DNA of 64,000 nt from Vicinamibacteria bacterium (GTDB lineage Bacteria > Acidobacteriota > Vicinamibacteria > Marinacidobacterales > Marinacidobacteraceae). A program made the position numbers and the translations under genes. Positions 9,401 through 19,151 of the stretch are shown here, piece by piece. The notes beneath the pieces were generated by a model. It did not search any database. It worked only from the letters and a program-made list of their open reading frames with translations, and was not told the DNA's origin. Location of the stretch: NCBI GenBank assembly GCA_965199715.1, contig OZ241322.1:832001-896000 (forward strand), written 5' to 3'. Numbering within the stretch: position 1 is the first letter of the stretch; every line of letters begins with the position of its first letter.

Positions 9401-11136
9401 CGAAGCGCGTGGCCGAGACCTACGCGGCCCGCTCCACCGCCACGCTCAAGAACAGCCTCTACGACAGCTACAAGATGGCGATCCGGTGGGCTTCGGACCG
9501 GATCGGGAAGAAGGGGGTCATCGCACTGGTCACGAACGGTTCATGGATCGACGGCAACGCGGACTCCGGAATCCGTGCCTGCCTTGCGGAGGAGTTCAGT
9601 TCGATCTGGGTGCTGAACTTGCGCGGAAACCAACGCACGCAGGGTGAACGCTCGCGTCGTGAGGGCGGCAAGGTGTTCGGGCAGGGCTCACGGGCACCTG
9701 TGGCCATCACGCTCCTCGTCCGTAATCCCAAGGCAGGTCACGACGGCTGCCAGATCCACTACCACGACATCGGCGACTACCTGAAGCGTGAAGACAAGCT
9801 CGGCATTCTGGAGGAAGCTGAGTCAATCGACGGAATCAGCGACTGGAAGGCGATCACACCCGACGCGCATCACGACTGGATCGGCCAGCGCGACCAGTCG
9901 TTCCAAGCCTTCTACCCAATCGGCTCCAAGGACGTCAAGTCCGGCGCTTCTGAAGAGGCGGCATTCAACCTGTTCAGTCACGGCTACAAGACAAATCGAG
10001 ATGCTTACATCTACAGTTTCTCAGAGGAAGCCTGCACGGAAACCGCACGTTTGATGGTCGGCGAATACATGGGGGCAATGCAGCTTCGCGAAGATGATCC
10101 CGACTACACGGTTGACGAGGCCGCTCATCGTCGCTCGTCACATTTGCGATGGGATCGAGAGTTGAAGGATCGGCTCCGGCGAGGGCAGCACGTTGTGTTT
10201 TCTTCCGATCGCGTCCTTGCCGCTCAGTACCGTCCCTTCGTGAAGCAACGCTGCTACGTGGACTACGTTCTCGCCAGCGTGAAAGGACAACACGACCGCA
10301 TGTTCCCGAGTTGGTGGCACGAAGGCGCTGAACCGACCGAACGCAAGAATCATGCTATTCTTGTTCCCGGAATTGGGGCGACGAAGTCATTCGGTCCACT
10401 GATCGTGGACACGATGCCCGATGTGGAGGTCATGACAAAGGGCCAGTGCTTTCCGCGTTGGACCTATCCCCAGCGAGAGTTCAACGGCCCAACAGCACTG
10501 TTACCGACTTCCGTTGAGCGCGTAGACAACATCACCGACCACGCGCTCCACACGTTCCGCGAGCACTACGGCGACGAGTCGATTACGAAGGACGCGATCT
10601 TCGACTACGTATACGGCATGCTTCACGCCCGGGAGTATGGAACCCGCTTCGCCAACGACCTCTCCAAGGGCTTGCCGCGGATTCCGTTCGCGCCGGACTT
10701 CCGAGCCTTCGAGAGGGCCGGACGCGATCTCGCCGTGCTCCACCTTGAGTACGAGACCTGCGACGAGTACCCGCTGGAGCTCGTCACCGCAGGCTCCGAG
10801 CCGCTCCAGTCAGAGCACTACCGGCTGACCACAAGGGCCATGCGGTACGCCGACAAGGAGCGGACTGAACTCATCGTCAACGACCACGTTCGACTCCGGG
10901 GCATTCCCGCCGAGGCGCACGAGTACGAAGTCAACGGGCGCTCGCCGCTCGGCTGGTTCATCGACCGCTACCGGATCAAGCAGGATCGGCGCAGCGGGAT
11001 CGTGAACGACCCGAACGGCTGGTTCGAGAAGCCCGAGGACCTGATCCCGGCGATCCGCCGGATCGTCCACGTCAGCGTCGAGACCGTCCGCATCGTCGCG
11101 GGGCTCCCGACGCCGTTCCCCGCCAACCTCTCCTAA
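6403..11136 (+). CDS. Type ISP (LlaGI/LlaBIII-like) single-polypeptide restriction-modification enzyme
   Basis: Mrr-like nuclease (GIDLV..AIQCKF), SF2 helicase (MACGTGKT, DEAH, SEGIDVP, QAVGRAMR), N6-adenine MTase (YTP, DPFTGTG, GNPPW) and C-terminal target-recognition domain. Start taken as ATG 6403. Confidence 0.92.
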   Translation: MGFHETLEQLRAQATTSTEQGQLFERLMKRFFQLDPVYRDRFSNVWLWSEWAKDRPGFTAQDIGIDLVAEERGGGVCAIQCKFHGPNTKIQKPAIDSFIAASAQEAFTGRLMVDTGKEWGDNAIKTIEKVTPACQVLQTAELAKAAIHWPDLAQQAPEDIRRAEKLTLRRHQRETVHDVQKGFQSNDRGKLVMACGTGKTLAALAIAEREAGVGGRVLYLVPSISLFQQSMRAWAEQRTVPHHYVGICSDTRAGKEDEDASIQELEIPVTTNPEKIGEALGKNRPTSMTVVFSTYQSLPLVQAAQDDGAPAFNLVICDEAHRTTGVDKPGDKTSPFVLVHDRNAIRAEKRLYMTATPRLYTAGAKAKAAHHSVEVFSMDDEATYGPEFHRLRFSDAVEQDLLSDYKVVIFAMSEEHAAAALQKHLATDEGEIKLDDAAKIVGCWRALQNPEDKKPGDGPIQPLRRAIAFTNKIKSSKLVTKHWGGIVEQAVKQLPEDERDGAFRCELEHVDGQHHALDRKSRLEWLKEDSEGACRILSNARCLSEGIDVPALDAVLFLSPRNSQVDIVQAVGRAMRKAPGKKYGYIVIPIAVPAGTDPARALDDNKRFAALWGVLRALRSHDDRFNAEINKIDLNRNKGSRIILINGNGPRPVPIPFPTLDLPPGAIFAKIVEKCGDRKYWESWAKDVADIFSRLVVRIDDLLATPESDTLREWFDAFLDELKESINDSITRKDAVSMMAQHILTRPVFEALFENYDFASNNPVARALDELRKDFGEFGLENEIRDLEGFYQSVRQRARGLDNSEARQKVLMELYENFFATALKKEADRLGIVYTPVEVVDFILHSADHVLRQEFGRSLGDEGVHVMDPFTGTGIFPVRLLQSGLIPNEDLERKYREELHANEIMLLAYYIAAVHIEEAYHGRRGAGSGYEPFEGIVLTDTFNLQTKKGTLPYDWLPANSERLKRQQELPIEVIVGNPPWSAGQRSSADDNPNVAYPALAKRVAETYAARSTATLKNSLYDSYKMAIRWASDRIGKKGVIALVTNGSWIDGNADSGIRACLAEEFSSIWVLNLRGNQRTQGERSRREGGKVFGQGSRAPVAITLLVRNPKAGHDGCQIHYHDIGDYLKREDKLGILEEAESIDGISDWKAITPDAHHDWIGQRDQSFQAFYPIGSKDVKSGASEEAAFNLFSHGYKTNRDAYIYSFSEEACTETARLMVGEYMGAMQLREDDPDYTVDEAAHRRSSHLRWDRELKDRLRRGQHVVFSSDRVLAAQYRPFVKQRCYVDYVLASVKGQHDRMFPSWWHEGAEPTERKNHAILVPGIGATKSFGPLIVDTMPDVEVMTKGQCFPRWTYPQREFNGPTALLPTSVERVDNITDHALHTFREHYGDESITKDAIFDYVYGMLHAREYGTRFANDLSKGLPRIPFAPDFRAFERAGRDLAVLHLEYETCDEYPLELVTAGSEPLQSEHYRLTTRAMRYADKERTELIVNDHVRLRGIPAEAHEYEVNGRSPLGWFIDRYRIKQDRRSGIVNDPNGWFEKPEDLIPAIRRIVHVSVETVRIVAGLPTPFPANLS

Positions 11137-11342
11137 ACGATAGAACGTAAGTGAGTTGTATCTCTTCGTGCGACCGGCTGGTCGCGGAGCAGGGCGTCTG
11201 GACGGCGGCGGGATCAGCACTTGCGCCAGTCAGCGGCTGAGAGCGCACCGGGATACCATAGAGGCCTGTCGCGTTGACGGCCGTTGGCCCTTCGGAGGCC
11301 TCAGCCCGTGACGCTAGTCCCGCGCAGGAGGGCGGCGAGGGA

Positions 11343-11573
11343 ATGAGCGATGCTAAGGCGGCACGGCATGACTCTCCGGTAGCGGAGGCCGGACGCACGC
11401 GCAGGCAAGCGCATGACGACCTCCTCAAGGAGGCTCTCGCTCGCCCCGGGATCCGAGAGGTCATGAAGGTGTACGGCGATTGGTACCGCGCCGATCGTGC
11501 GATGGACCCTTGGCGCGCGGCGACGCAAGAAAGGTATCGGAACCCGACGACGGACAGAACCAATCAGGGCTGA
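11343..11573 (+). CDS. Small hypothetical protein (76 aa)
   Basis: Purine-rich GGAGGG/GAGGG upstream of ATG 11343; stop 6 nt before the next gene. Confidence 0.55.
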   Translation: MSDAKAARHDSPVAEAGRTRRQAHDDLLKEALARPGIREVMKVYGDWYRADRAMDPWRAATQERYRNPTTDRTNQG

Positions 11574-11579
11574 GCGGTC

Positions 11580-12546
11580 ATGCCCACTTGGAGTGGCGTC
11601 CTAGAGCGCTTGGTACGGAGTCCGCTGCCAAGCGCAGCTCCAGACTTCGACGGCGTCCGACGACATTACCTGCACGCCCTGCATCGGCACACCGGTCGTA
11701 GCGTCGTCCTCTACGCCACGGCGTGGCTCCAGAAGCAGGCTCCTCCCCCAGCTCATCTCCATCCATGACGAAGACATTCATGCGCTCATGGAAGTCACGG
11801 CGGGACCGCAGAACAAGAAACTCGATTTAATTCTGCACAGCCCGGGCGGATCTCCCACAGCTGCCGAGGGCATCGTGACCTATCTGCGTTCCAGATTTGA
11901 GCACATCAGGGTGATCGTCCCGAACCTCGCCATGTCGGCAGCCACCATGGTCAGTTGCGCGGCCGACGTCATCGTAATGGGAAAGCACTCATTCCTTGGC
12001 CCCATTGACCCACAGCTCCTTCTTTCCACACCGCTCGGGATGCGCTCCGTTCCGGCGCAGGCGATTCTGGACCAGTTTGACCGCGCTCAGCGCGAATCGG
12101 TTTCTCCGGAAAAGTTTGCCGCATGAGTGCCCATGTTGAACCAATACGGCCCCGACCTTCTGGAACAAAGCGAAGCAGCCCTTGAACTTTCCCGCGACTT
12201 GGTTCGTGCGTGGCTCACGGAGTTTATGTTTCGAGACTTGCCCAACGCCGTGGAGAGTGCTGATGCGATCGCCAAATGGTTGTCAGACCATGCGGAGCTC
12301 AAGAGTCACAGCCGGCACATTCCGAGAACCGAACTCCAACAACGAGGCCTCGTAGTCAAGAATCTGGAAGATGACCCCGACCTCCAAGACTTGAGCCTCT
12401 CTGTATTCCACGCGGCGACGCATGCGTTCAACGGCACACCGACTGCCAAGATCGTGGAGAACCACCTAGGAAGAGCGTTCGTCAAGCAGAATGCAGTCGT
12501 GCCTAGCATGAACGCGGCACCGGGCGCATGGACGGACCAACGCTGA
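11580..12546 (+). pseudogene. SDH-family Clp-fold serine protease, disrupted
   Basis: LDLILHSPGG, AMSAATM, SFLGPIDPQ and KSHSRHI motifs. +1 frameshift in the C5 run at 11745-11749 and in-frame TGA at 12124-12126. Confidence 0.85.
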
Positions 12547-12668
12547 CGCTCCGGTAACTCGGGAAGGAATCCTAGGCTACCGTCCGTCGACTCTCGGGGC
12601 GCAGGATTCAGCCGAACTGCCCGCCAGCGTCCGGCTGAGGCGAACCCCAGCCGAACCCCCGCGCCGAC

Positions 12669-15600
12669 CTAGTTCTCCTCGGTCGCCACCACCACGGCGG
12701 GTACGCCGAGGGACGCGACGCGCTCGTTGAAGGGCGCCATGTGCTCGGCCAGCGCGCTCTCGATGGACTCGTGGATCGCGTCCAGTTCGGGCTTCAGGTC
12801 GTCGAAGCGCTCGTAGGCTCCGGCGGTGGGCTGGTCGTTGCCCTGGACGATGTAGCCGTAGAGCGTCACGAGCTGGTTGTCGATCTGCGGCGGGAAGTTG
12901 ATCGGGTCCTGCGAGGACTTGCTCTGGACCTGGGTGATCGTCTCCTCGATCTCGGTGAGTCGCTCGTCGAGCGCCTTCGAGAGCGTGTCCAGCTCCTCGT
13001 CGGCGCGCTCCGCCTTCTTCAGGCGGGCCACGATGTCGGTCGCCTGCGTTTTCACGTCGCGCACCCGGTTGAGCGCGTCGAAGAGCTTCGTGACCTCGGC
13101 CGCGACCTGCTTGCCGAGGTCGTACTGCTTCTGGAGATCGTCCGTCGTGATCGTGAGATTGGGCCGGACGCCGACCTCGATCATCTGCGAGTGGGTGGTC
13201 TCGCCGACGGTGAGGCGCACCTCGAAGGTTCCGGGGACGACGCTCAGGCCGGGGGTGCCGCCCCAGTGCACGACGCCCGCCGGACGCTGGACGCCCTCCT
13301 CCCGGAGGTTCCAGCGGAACGAGTTGAGGCCCGCTTCGGCGGGGAGCCGCGCCCTCGGACCGCCGCCGAAGAACGCGGCGAACGGCGAGACCGGGCCGGT
13401 CGGAGCCGCGGCGCCCGGCTGGCCGGTGACCTTCCGCACGCTGTTCCCCTCGGAATCGAGGATCTCGAGCGTGATCGCCGACTCCGGGGTCTCCTTCAGG
13501 TGGTAGCGGACGTTCGCGCCCGAGAAGAAGTCGCCGCGGTAGGCCATGCGGGGCTCGTAGAGCCACGAATCGGCGGCCATCACCTCGTCGGTGATCTGGT
13601 GCAGCGGGGTCAGGTCGTCCAGCACCCAGAACGAGCGGCCCTGGGTGGCGACTACCAGATCCTGCCGGTGGACCTGCATGTCGGTGATCGGGCTCACCGG
13701 GAGGTTCTGCTGGAAGCGCTGCCAGTGCGCCCCGTCGTCGAACGAGACGTAGAGGCCGAACTCGGTCCCGGCGTAGAGCAGGCCCATCCGGTCGGGGTCC
13801 TCGCGGATCGCCCGCACCGGGTGCGTCGGCGGGATGCCGTTGGTCCCGTCGGTGAGCAGGTCCCAGCTCTCCCCGGAGTTCGTCGTGCGGAAGACGTACG
13901 GGCGAAAGTCGTTCTCGCGGTAGCGGTACACGGCGATGAAGACCCGCGCCGGGTCGTGCGAACTGATCTCGATCACGTTCACGGTGCCGCCCTCGGGCAT
14001 GTCCTCGGGGGTGACGTTCGTCCACGTCTCGCCCCGGTCGGGGGAGATGTGGACGCGCCCGTCGTCGCTGCCGGCCCACAACTGGCGCTCGACGTGCGGC
14101 GACTCCTCGAACGCGAAGATCGTGTTGTACACCTCGACGCCGGTGTTGTCTCTGGTGATCGGGCCGCCGGCGTAGTCCTGCTGCTCGGGGTCGTTCGACG
14201 TGAGGTCGGGGCTGATGATGCGCCAGCTCTGGCCCTCGTCGCGGGACATGTGGACCACCTGCGAGGCGTGGTAGAGGATGTCGGGATCGTGCGGCGAGAG
14301 CCGGATCGGCGCGTTCCACTGGAACCGGTAGTCGAGGTCGCGCGCCGCCTGCCCCAACTGGAGCTGCGGGTAGTGGAGGATCTGGCGCACTTCGCCGGTG
14401 TTGCGGTCCACCCGGGTGATCGAGCCGCCGTAGCAACCCGCGTAGATGACGTTGTGGTCTCTGGGATCCACGGCGATGTGGCCGCTCTCGCAGCCGCCGA
14501 CCTGATACCAGTCGGGCACCACGCTGAAGCCGCCCCGGGACGGCACCGAGATCGTGCTGTTGTCCTGCTGCGATCCGTAAATCCGGTAGGGCCACTGGTC
14601 GTCCACATAGACCCGGTACATCTCCGAGGTCTCCTGCCCCATCTGGTCGGTCCAGCTCTTCCCGCCGTCGAAGCTCACGTTCGCGCCGCCGTCGTTCGCG
14701 TTGATCATGTTCATCGGGTTGTCGGGGTTGATCCACAGGTCGTGGTTGTCCCCGTGGGGGACCCGGATCCGCTCGGGGAAGGTCCGGCCCCCGTCGATGG
14801 ACTTGTGGAACCCCACGTTGAGGCCGTACACCGTGTTCTCGTCGTGCGGGTCGGCGAAGATGTGGATGTAGTACCAGGGCCGCTGCCGCAGGTTCGCGTC
14901 GCCGTTGATGCGGGTGAAGGAGTCGCCGCCGTCGTCGGACCGGTACACGCCGCCGCGCTCGCCCTCGGCCTCGGTCAGCACCCAGATGCGGTCGGAGTTG
15001 GCCGGGGAGATCGCGACCTTGGTCTTGCCGACGAGTCCGGTGGGAAGCCCGTTCTCCACCTTCTCCCACGTGTCGCCGCCATCCCGGCTGCGATACACGC
15101 CGTCGTCCTCGCTGCCCGAGATCATCGTCCACGGCTTGCGCTCGGCGCTCCACGCGCCGGCGTAGAGGATGCGCGGGTTGTTCGGATCCATCTGCACGTC
15201 CACGAAGCCGGTGCGGTCGGAGATGTGGTGCACCTGCTCCCAGGTCTCGCCGCCGTCCTGCGTGCGGTAGATGCCCCGGTCGTCGTTGGGGCCGAAGATG
15301 TGGCCGAGCGCGGCCGCGAACACCAGATCGGGGTCCTCGGGGTGCACTGCCAGCGCGCCGATCTGTCCGGCCTGGCGCAGCCCGATATGCGCCCACGTCT
15401 TGCCGGCGTCGGTGGACTTGTACATGCCGTCGCCGACCGAGATGTTCCCTCGGGGCGAGGCCGAACCGGTCCCGACATAGACCACGTTCACGTCCGACTC
15501 GGCGACCGCGATGGCGCCGACCGAGCCGACTCCGAAGTACCCGTCGCTCACGTTGACCCACGAGTGGCCGGCGTCGGTGCTCTTGAACACCCCGCCGCCG

Positions 15601-15827
15601 GTGCCGCCGAAGTAGTAAGTCAGGGGATCGCCGGGAACCCCGGTGGCCGCGGTGGAGCGCCCGCCCCGGGTGAACCCGACCGAGCGGAACTGCATGCCTT
15701 CGAGGTACTCGTCGGGAACGGTGACGTTCGCCTCGTTGAAATGCTCGTCGTAGTCGCGGTGGCTGCCCTGCCCCGCGGCGAGGGGAGCCGCGAGGAGCGC
15801 GGCGGCGAAGAGGATGCGGAACTTCAT
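12669..15827 (-). CDS. Secreted VPS10/BNR (Asp-box) repeat glycosyl hydrolase-like beta-propeller protein
   Basis: Signal peptide; repeated S-x-D-x-G-x-T/S-W boxes; HGDNH, NDGG and WNAP motifs. Confidence 0.85.
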   Translation of the reverse strand: MKFRILFAAALLAAPLAAGQGSHRDYDEHFNEANVTVPDEYLEGMQFRSVGFTRGGRSTAATGVPGDPLTYYFGGTGGGVFKSTDAGHSWVNVSDGYFGVGSVGAIAVAESDVNVVYVGTGSASPRGNISVGDGMYKSTDAGKTWAHIGLRQAGQIGALAVHPEDPDLVFAAALGHIFGPNDDRGIYRTQDGGETWEQVHHISDRTGFVDVQMDPNNPRILYAGAWSAERKPWTMISGSEDDGVYRSRDGGDTWEKVENGLPTGLVGKTKVAISPANSDRIWVLTEAEGERGGVYRSDDGGDSFTRINGDANLRQRPWYYIHIFADPHDENTVYGLNVGFHKSIDGGRTFPERIRVPHGDNHDLWINPDNPMNMINANDGGANVSFDGGKSWTDQMGQETSEMYRVYVDDQWPYRIYGSQQDNSTISVPSRGGFSVVPDWYQVGGCESGHIAVDPRDHNVIYAGCYGGSITRVDRNTGEVRQILHYPQLQLGQAARDLDYRFQWNAPIRLSPHDPDILYHASQVVHMSRDEGQSWRIISPDLTSNDPEQQDYAGGPITRDNTGVEVYNTIFAFEESPHVERQLWAGSDDGRVHISPDRGETWTNVTPEDMPEGGTVNVIEISSHDPARVFIAVYRYRENDFRPYVFRTTNSGESWDLLTDGTNGIPPTHPVRAIREDPDRMGLLYAGTEFGLYVSFDDGAHWQRFQQNLPVSPITDMQVHRQDLVVATQGRSFWVLDDLTPLHQITDEVMAADSWLYEPRMAYRGDFFSGANVRYHLKETPESAITLEILDSEGNSVRKVTGQPGAAAPTGPVSPFAAFFGGGPRARLPAEAGLNSFRWNLREEGVQRPAGVVHWGGTPGLSVVPGTFEVRLTVGETTHSQMIEVGVRPNLTITTDDLQKQYDLGKQVAAEVTKLFDALNRVRDVKTQATDIVARLKKAERADEELDTLSKALDERLTEIEETITQVQSKSSQDPINFPPQIDNQLVTLYGYIVQGNDQPTAGAYERFDDLKPELDAIHESIESALAEHMAPFNERVASLGVPAVVVATEEN

Positions 15828-15853
15828 GGGGAACCTCCCGGAAGACGGGAATT

Positions 15854-16783
15854 CTACGGTGGAGCGGACTCTCGGAACGCGACGACCTCGTCAAGGCTGG
15901 AAGCGCCGACGGCCGCCATGACCAACCGGTCCACGCCGAGGGCGATTCCGGCGGCCCTTGGGAACGTCCCGTCCTCCAGCGCCGCGAGGAATCGGGAGTC
16001 GGGCGGGCCGACCGGCCGTCCGGCGGCGGCGCGGGCTTCGGACTCGATCCGGAAGCGGCGGCGGTGCTCTTCGGGATCGCGGAGCTCGTCGTAGCCGTTC
16101 GCGAGTTCCAGCCCGTCCACGAAGACCTCGAAGCGGCCGGAGAGCCGGGAATCGGAGGCCAGCAGCCGGGACAGCGCGGCGAGCGGAGCGGGGTACTCCG
16201 TAACGATGTCGGGAGCCGGCTGCCCAAGATCGGGCTCGACGAGCGCCGAGAAGAGGAAGTCGAGCGCCCCGACCCGATCGGGAGCCGGGGCCGGATGGCC
16301 GTGGCCGAGCGCCAGCTTCCCGAGCAGGTCGTCCCCGGCTTCGACGGGGTCCACGCCGACGGCGGCGCGAAAGACCTCCCGGTGCGGGCGAATCCGGGCG
16401 GGCGGACGACCCAGCAGGTGCTGGAGCATGAGATCGATTTCGGCGACGAGCGCCTCGACCGTTCCCGGCCGGTACCACTCGGCGATCGTGAACTCGGCGG
16501 CGTGCAGGCGGCCTTCCTCGCCGCCCCGGAAGCACTTCACGATCTGGAAGATCGGCCCGCTTCCGGCCATCAGCAGCCGCTTCATCGCGAACTCGGGCGA
16601 CGTGTGGAGGAACCCTCCGGCGGCGGGGACGCTTTCAAGCTGACGGTCGGGAGCGCGGAAGGGCCCGAGGATCGGGGTCTCGACTTCGAGGTAACCACGA
16701 GCCTCGAAGAAGCCGCGCATCCGGCGGATCAGCCGGGCGCGCTCCCGCAGCCGCTCCGGGGTCGCGGAAGGTCGCCAGCTCAG
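15854..16783 (-). CDS. epmA: EF-P lysine aminoacylase EpmA (GenX/PoxA)
   Basis: [35 protein letters not shown] and GIALGVDRL; directly downstream of efp; probable CTG start overlapping the efp stop. Confidence 0.88.
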   Translation of the reverse strand: MSWRPSATPERLRERARLIRRMRGFFEARGYLEVETPILGPFRAPDRQLESVPAAGGFLHTSPEFAMKRLLMAGSGPIFQIVKCFRGGEEGRLHAAEFTIAEWYRPGTVEALVAEIDLMLQHLLGRPPARIRPHREVFRAAVGVDPVEAGDDLLGKLALGHGHPAPAPDRVGALDFLFSALVEPDLGQPAPDIVTEYPAPLAALSRLLASDSRLSGRFEVFVDGLELANGYDELRDPEEHRRRFRIESEARAAAGRPVGPPDSRFLAALEDGTFPRAAGIALGVDRLVMAAVGASSLDEVVAFRESAPP

Positions 16784-17352
16784 CTCTTCAGGCGGCCCAC
16801 GTACTCGCCGGTCCGGGTATCGACCCGAAGCACCTCGCCGGTTTCGATGAACAGCGGCACCCGCACCACGGCGCCGGTCTCCAGCGTCGCGTTCTTCGAG
16901 CCGCCGCTCACCGTGTCGCCCCGGATGCCCGGCTCGGTCTCGACGACCCTGAGCTCGACGAACTGGGGCGCGGCCACCTGCAGGATCGCGTTGTTGTAGA
17001 GCGTGATCGCGCAGTTCGCGCCCTGGAGCAGCCAGAGGTGCACGTCGCCCATCGCCTTCTCGTTCGCGGCGAACTGCTCGTAGCTGTTCGGGTCCATGAA
17101 GTGCCACTCGTCGGCGTCGGCGTAGAGGAACTGCATCTCGGTCGAGATCACGTCCGCCGCCGGCACCTTCTCGCCGGAGCGGAGCGTCTTGTCGAGCACG
17201 CGCCCGGTCTTGAGGTTGCGGTAGCGGATCTTGGTGAACGCCTGGCCCTTGCCGGGCTTCACGAACTCGCAGTTGATGAGGATCGCCGGATCGCCGTCCA
17301 GCATGACCTTGAGCCCGCTGCGGAACTCGTTCGTCGCGTAGGTGTCGGCCAT
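16780..17352 (-). CDS. efp: Elongation factor P
   Basis: [10 protein letters not shown] loop; PGIRGDT..GGSK.A.LETG...VPLFI..GE...VDTRTGEY. Confidence 0.97.
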   Translation of the reverse strand: MADTYATNEFRSGLKVMLDGDPAILINCEFVKPGKGQAFTKIRYRNLKTGRVLDKTLRSGEKVPAADVISTEMQFLYADADEWHFMDPNSYEQFAANEKAMGDVHLWLLQGANCAITLYNNAILQVAAPQFVELRVVETEPGIRGDTVSGGSKNATLETGAVVRVPLFIETGEVLRVDTRTGEYVGRLKS

Positions 17353-18567
17353 TCAGATCTCGGTGAGGAGATGCCCCATGCGCTTCTTCTTCGTGCGCAT
17401 GTACTCGAGCGAGTGCTCGCTCGGGGGCACCTCGATGGGAACGCGCTCCTCGATGGTCAGCCCGTGGGCCTCGAGCGCGACGAACTTGCGCGGGTTGTTC
17501 GTCAGCAGGCGGATGCGCTGGACCCCGAGGTCGCGCAGGATCTGCGCCCCCACGCCGTACTCGCGCTGGTCGGCGCGGAACCCGAGGTGCGTGTTCGCGT
17601 CCACCGTGTCCATGCCCTCGTCCTGGAGGGCGTAGGCCCGCAGCTTGTTCACGAGGCCGATGCCCCGGCCCTCCTGGTTCAGGTAGAGCAGCACGCCCCG
17701 GCCCGCGCGGCCGATCGCGTCCAGCGCCGCCTCGAGCTGGGGGCCGCAGTCGCACCGCATCGACCCGAAGACCTCGCCGGTGAGGCACTGGCTGTGGACC
17801 CGGACCAGAACCGGCTCGCCCGTATCCACGTCGCCGAGCTTGAGGACGAGGTGCTGCGCCCCGTCGAGCGTGTTCTCGTAGGCGACGGTGGGGAAGGTCC
17901 CGAAGGGGGTCGGGAGCACCGTCTCGGCGAGGCGGCGCACGAGGGACTCACTGCGCAGCCGGTGGCGGATCAGCGACGCCACGCTGACCACCCCGATTCC
18001 GTGCGCCTCGCCGAACTCGACGAGGTCGGGCAGGCGCGCCATCGAGCCGTCCTCGTTCATGATCTCGCAGATGACCGACGCCGGGTACAGCCCGGCGAGC
18101 CGGGAGAGATCGACTCCCGCCTCGGTCTGTCCGGCGCGCTGGAGCACGCCGCCCGGCCGGGCGCGCAGCGGGAAGACGTGACCGGGGCGGCGCAGGTCGC
18201 CGGGCCGGGTTCCGGGGTCGATCGCGGCCTGGACGGTGCGGGCGCGGTCGGCGGCCGAGATGCCGGTGGTCACGCCCTCGCCCGCCTCGATGGAGACGCA
18301 GAACGCGGTCTCCAGCGCGGAAGTGTTGTCCCGGACCATGAGCGGGACGTCCAGCTCGTCGAGGCGCTCGCCGGTCATCGCGAGACAGATCAGGCCCCGG
18401 CCGTGGGTGGCCATGAAGTTGATCGCGTCGGGCGTGACGTGCGAGGCCGCGATGGTCAGGTCGCCCTCGTTCTCGCGGTCGGCGTCGTCCACGACGATCA
18501 CCATGCGCCCGGCGGCGATTTCGGCGATCGCGGCGTCGGGGCTGAGGAACGGGGTTTCTTCGCTCAA
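17353..18567 (-). CDS. ribBA: Bifunctional DHBP synthase / GTP cyclohydrolase II
   Basis: [28 protein letters not shown] and QEGRGIGL. Confidence 0.96.
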   Translation of the reverse strand: MSEETPFLSPDAAIAEIAAGRMVIVVDDADRENEGDLTIAASHVTPDAINFMATHGRGLICLAMTGERLDELDVPLMVRDNTSALETAFCVSIEAGEGVTTGISAADRARTVQAAIDPGTRPGDLRRPGHVFPLRARPGGVLQRAGQTEAGVDLSRLAGLYPASVICEIMNEDGSMARLPDLVEFGEAHGIGVVSVASLIRHRLRSESLVRRLAETVLPTPFGTFPTVAYENTLDGAQHLVLKLGDVDTGEPVLVRVHSQCLTGEVFGSMRCDCGPQLEAALDAIGRAGRGVLLYLNQEGRGIGLVNKLRAYALQDEGMDTVDANTHLGFRADQREYGVGAQILRDLGVQRIRLLTNNPRKFVALEAHGLTIEERVPIEVPPSEHSLEYMRTKKKRMGHLLTEI

Positions 18568-19151
18568 TGCGCCGGGATCTTACCGAGCTGAGCGGCCACG
18601 TACTTGCCGAGGACGTCGTATTCCACGTGCACCGGATCGCCCGGACCGAGCCGGCCGAGCGTCGTGATCTCCCGCGTGTGGGGGATGATCGCCACGTCGA
18701 AGGCGCGGCGTCCCGGCTCCGAGCGGGCGACGGTCAGGCTCACGCCGTCGAGGGCCACCGACCCCTTCTCGACGATCCAGCGCGGCTCGGGGTGCTCCAC
18801 CCGGATCCGGTAGTCGGAGTCGTCGCCGCCGGCGGCGAGCACCGTCCCGACCGCGTCCACGTGCCCCTGGACGAAGTGGCCGCCGATGCGGTCCGAGGCG
18901 CGCAGCGGCAATTCGAGATTGACCCCGTCGCCCGGGCGCAGCCGCCCGAGCGCGGTGCGGTCGAGCGTCTCCCGGGCGAGGTCGAACGCGAGGGCGCCGG
19001 ACCGCGCCTCCACGGCGGTGAGGCAGACGCCCGAGACCGCGACGCTGTCGCCGAGGGCGACGTCCGGGAACCCGGGCGGCGGGGCGACGACGAGCCTCCC
19101 GCCTCCGGCCTCGCGCACGGAGCCCGCGCCGAGGACCAGGCCGGTGAACAT
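18564..19151 (-). CDS. ribE: Riboflavin synthase
   Basis: MFTGLV start, [15 protein letters not shown] and [12 protein letters not shown]. Confidence 0.95.
   Translation of the reverse strand: MFTGLVLGAGSVREAGGGRLVVAPPPGFPDVALGDSVAVSGVCLTAVEARSGALAFDLARETLDRTALGRLRPGDGVNLELPLRASDRIGGHFVQGHVDAVGTVLAAGGDDSDYRIRVEHPEPRWIVEKGSVALDGVSLTVARSEPGRRAFDVAIIPHTREITTLGRLGPGDPVHVEYDVLGKYVAAQLGKIPAH

Noticed and set aside
12124-12126. In-frame TGA as selenocysteine or Trp recoding
   Set aside because: TGA is the normal stop for many genes here, no SECIS-like hairpin was recognised and the gene has an independent frameshift
6360-12660. Intact mobile element carrying the RM system
   Set aside because: No integrase, transposase, terminal repeats or att duplication found by eye
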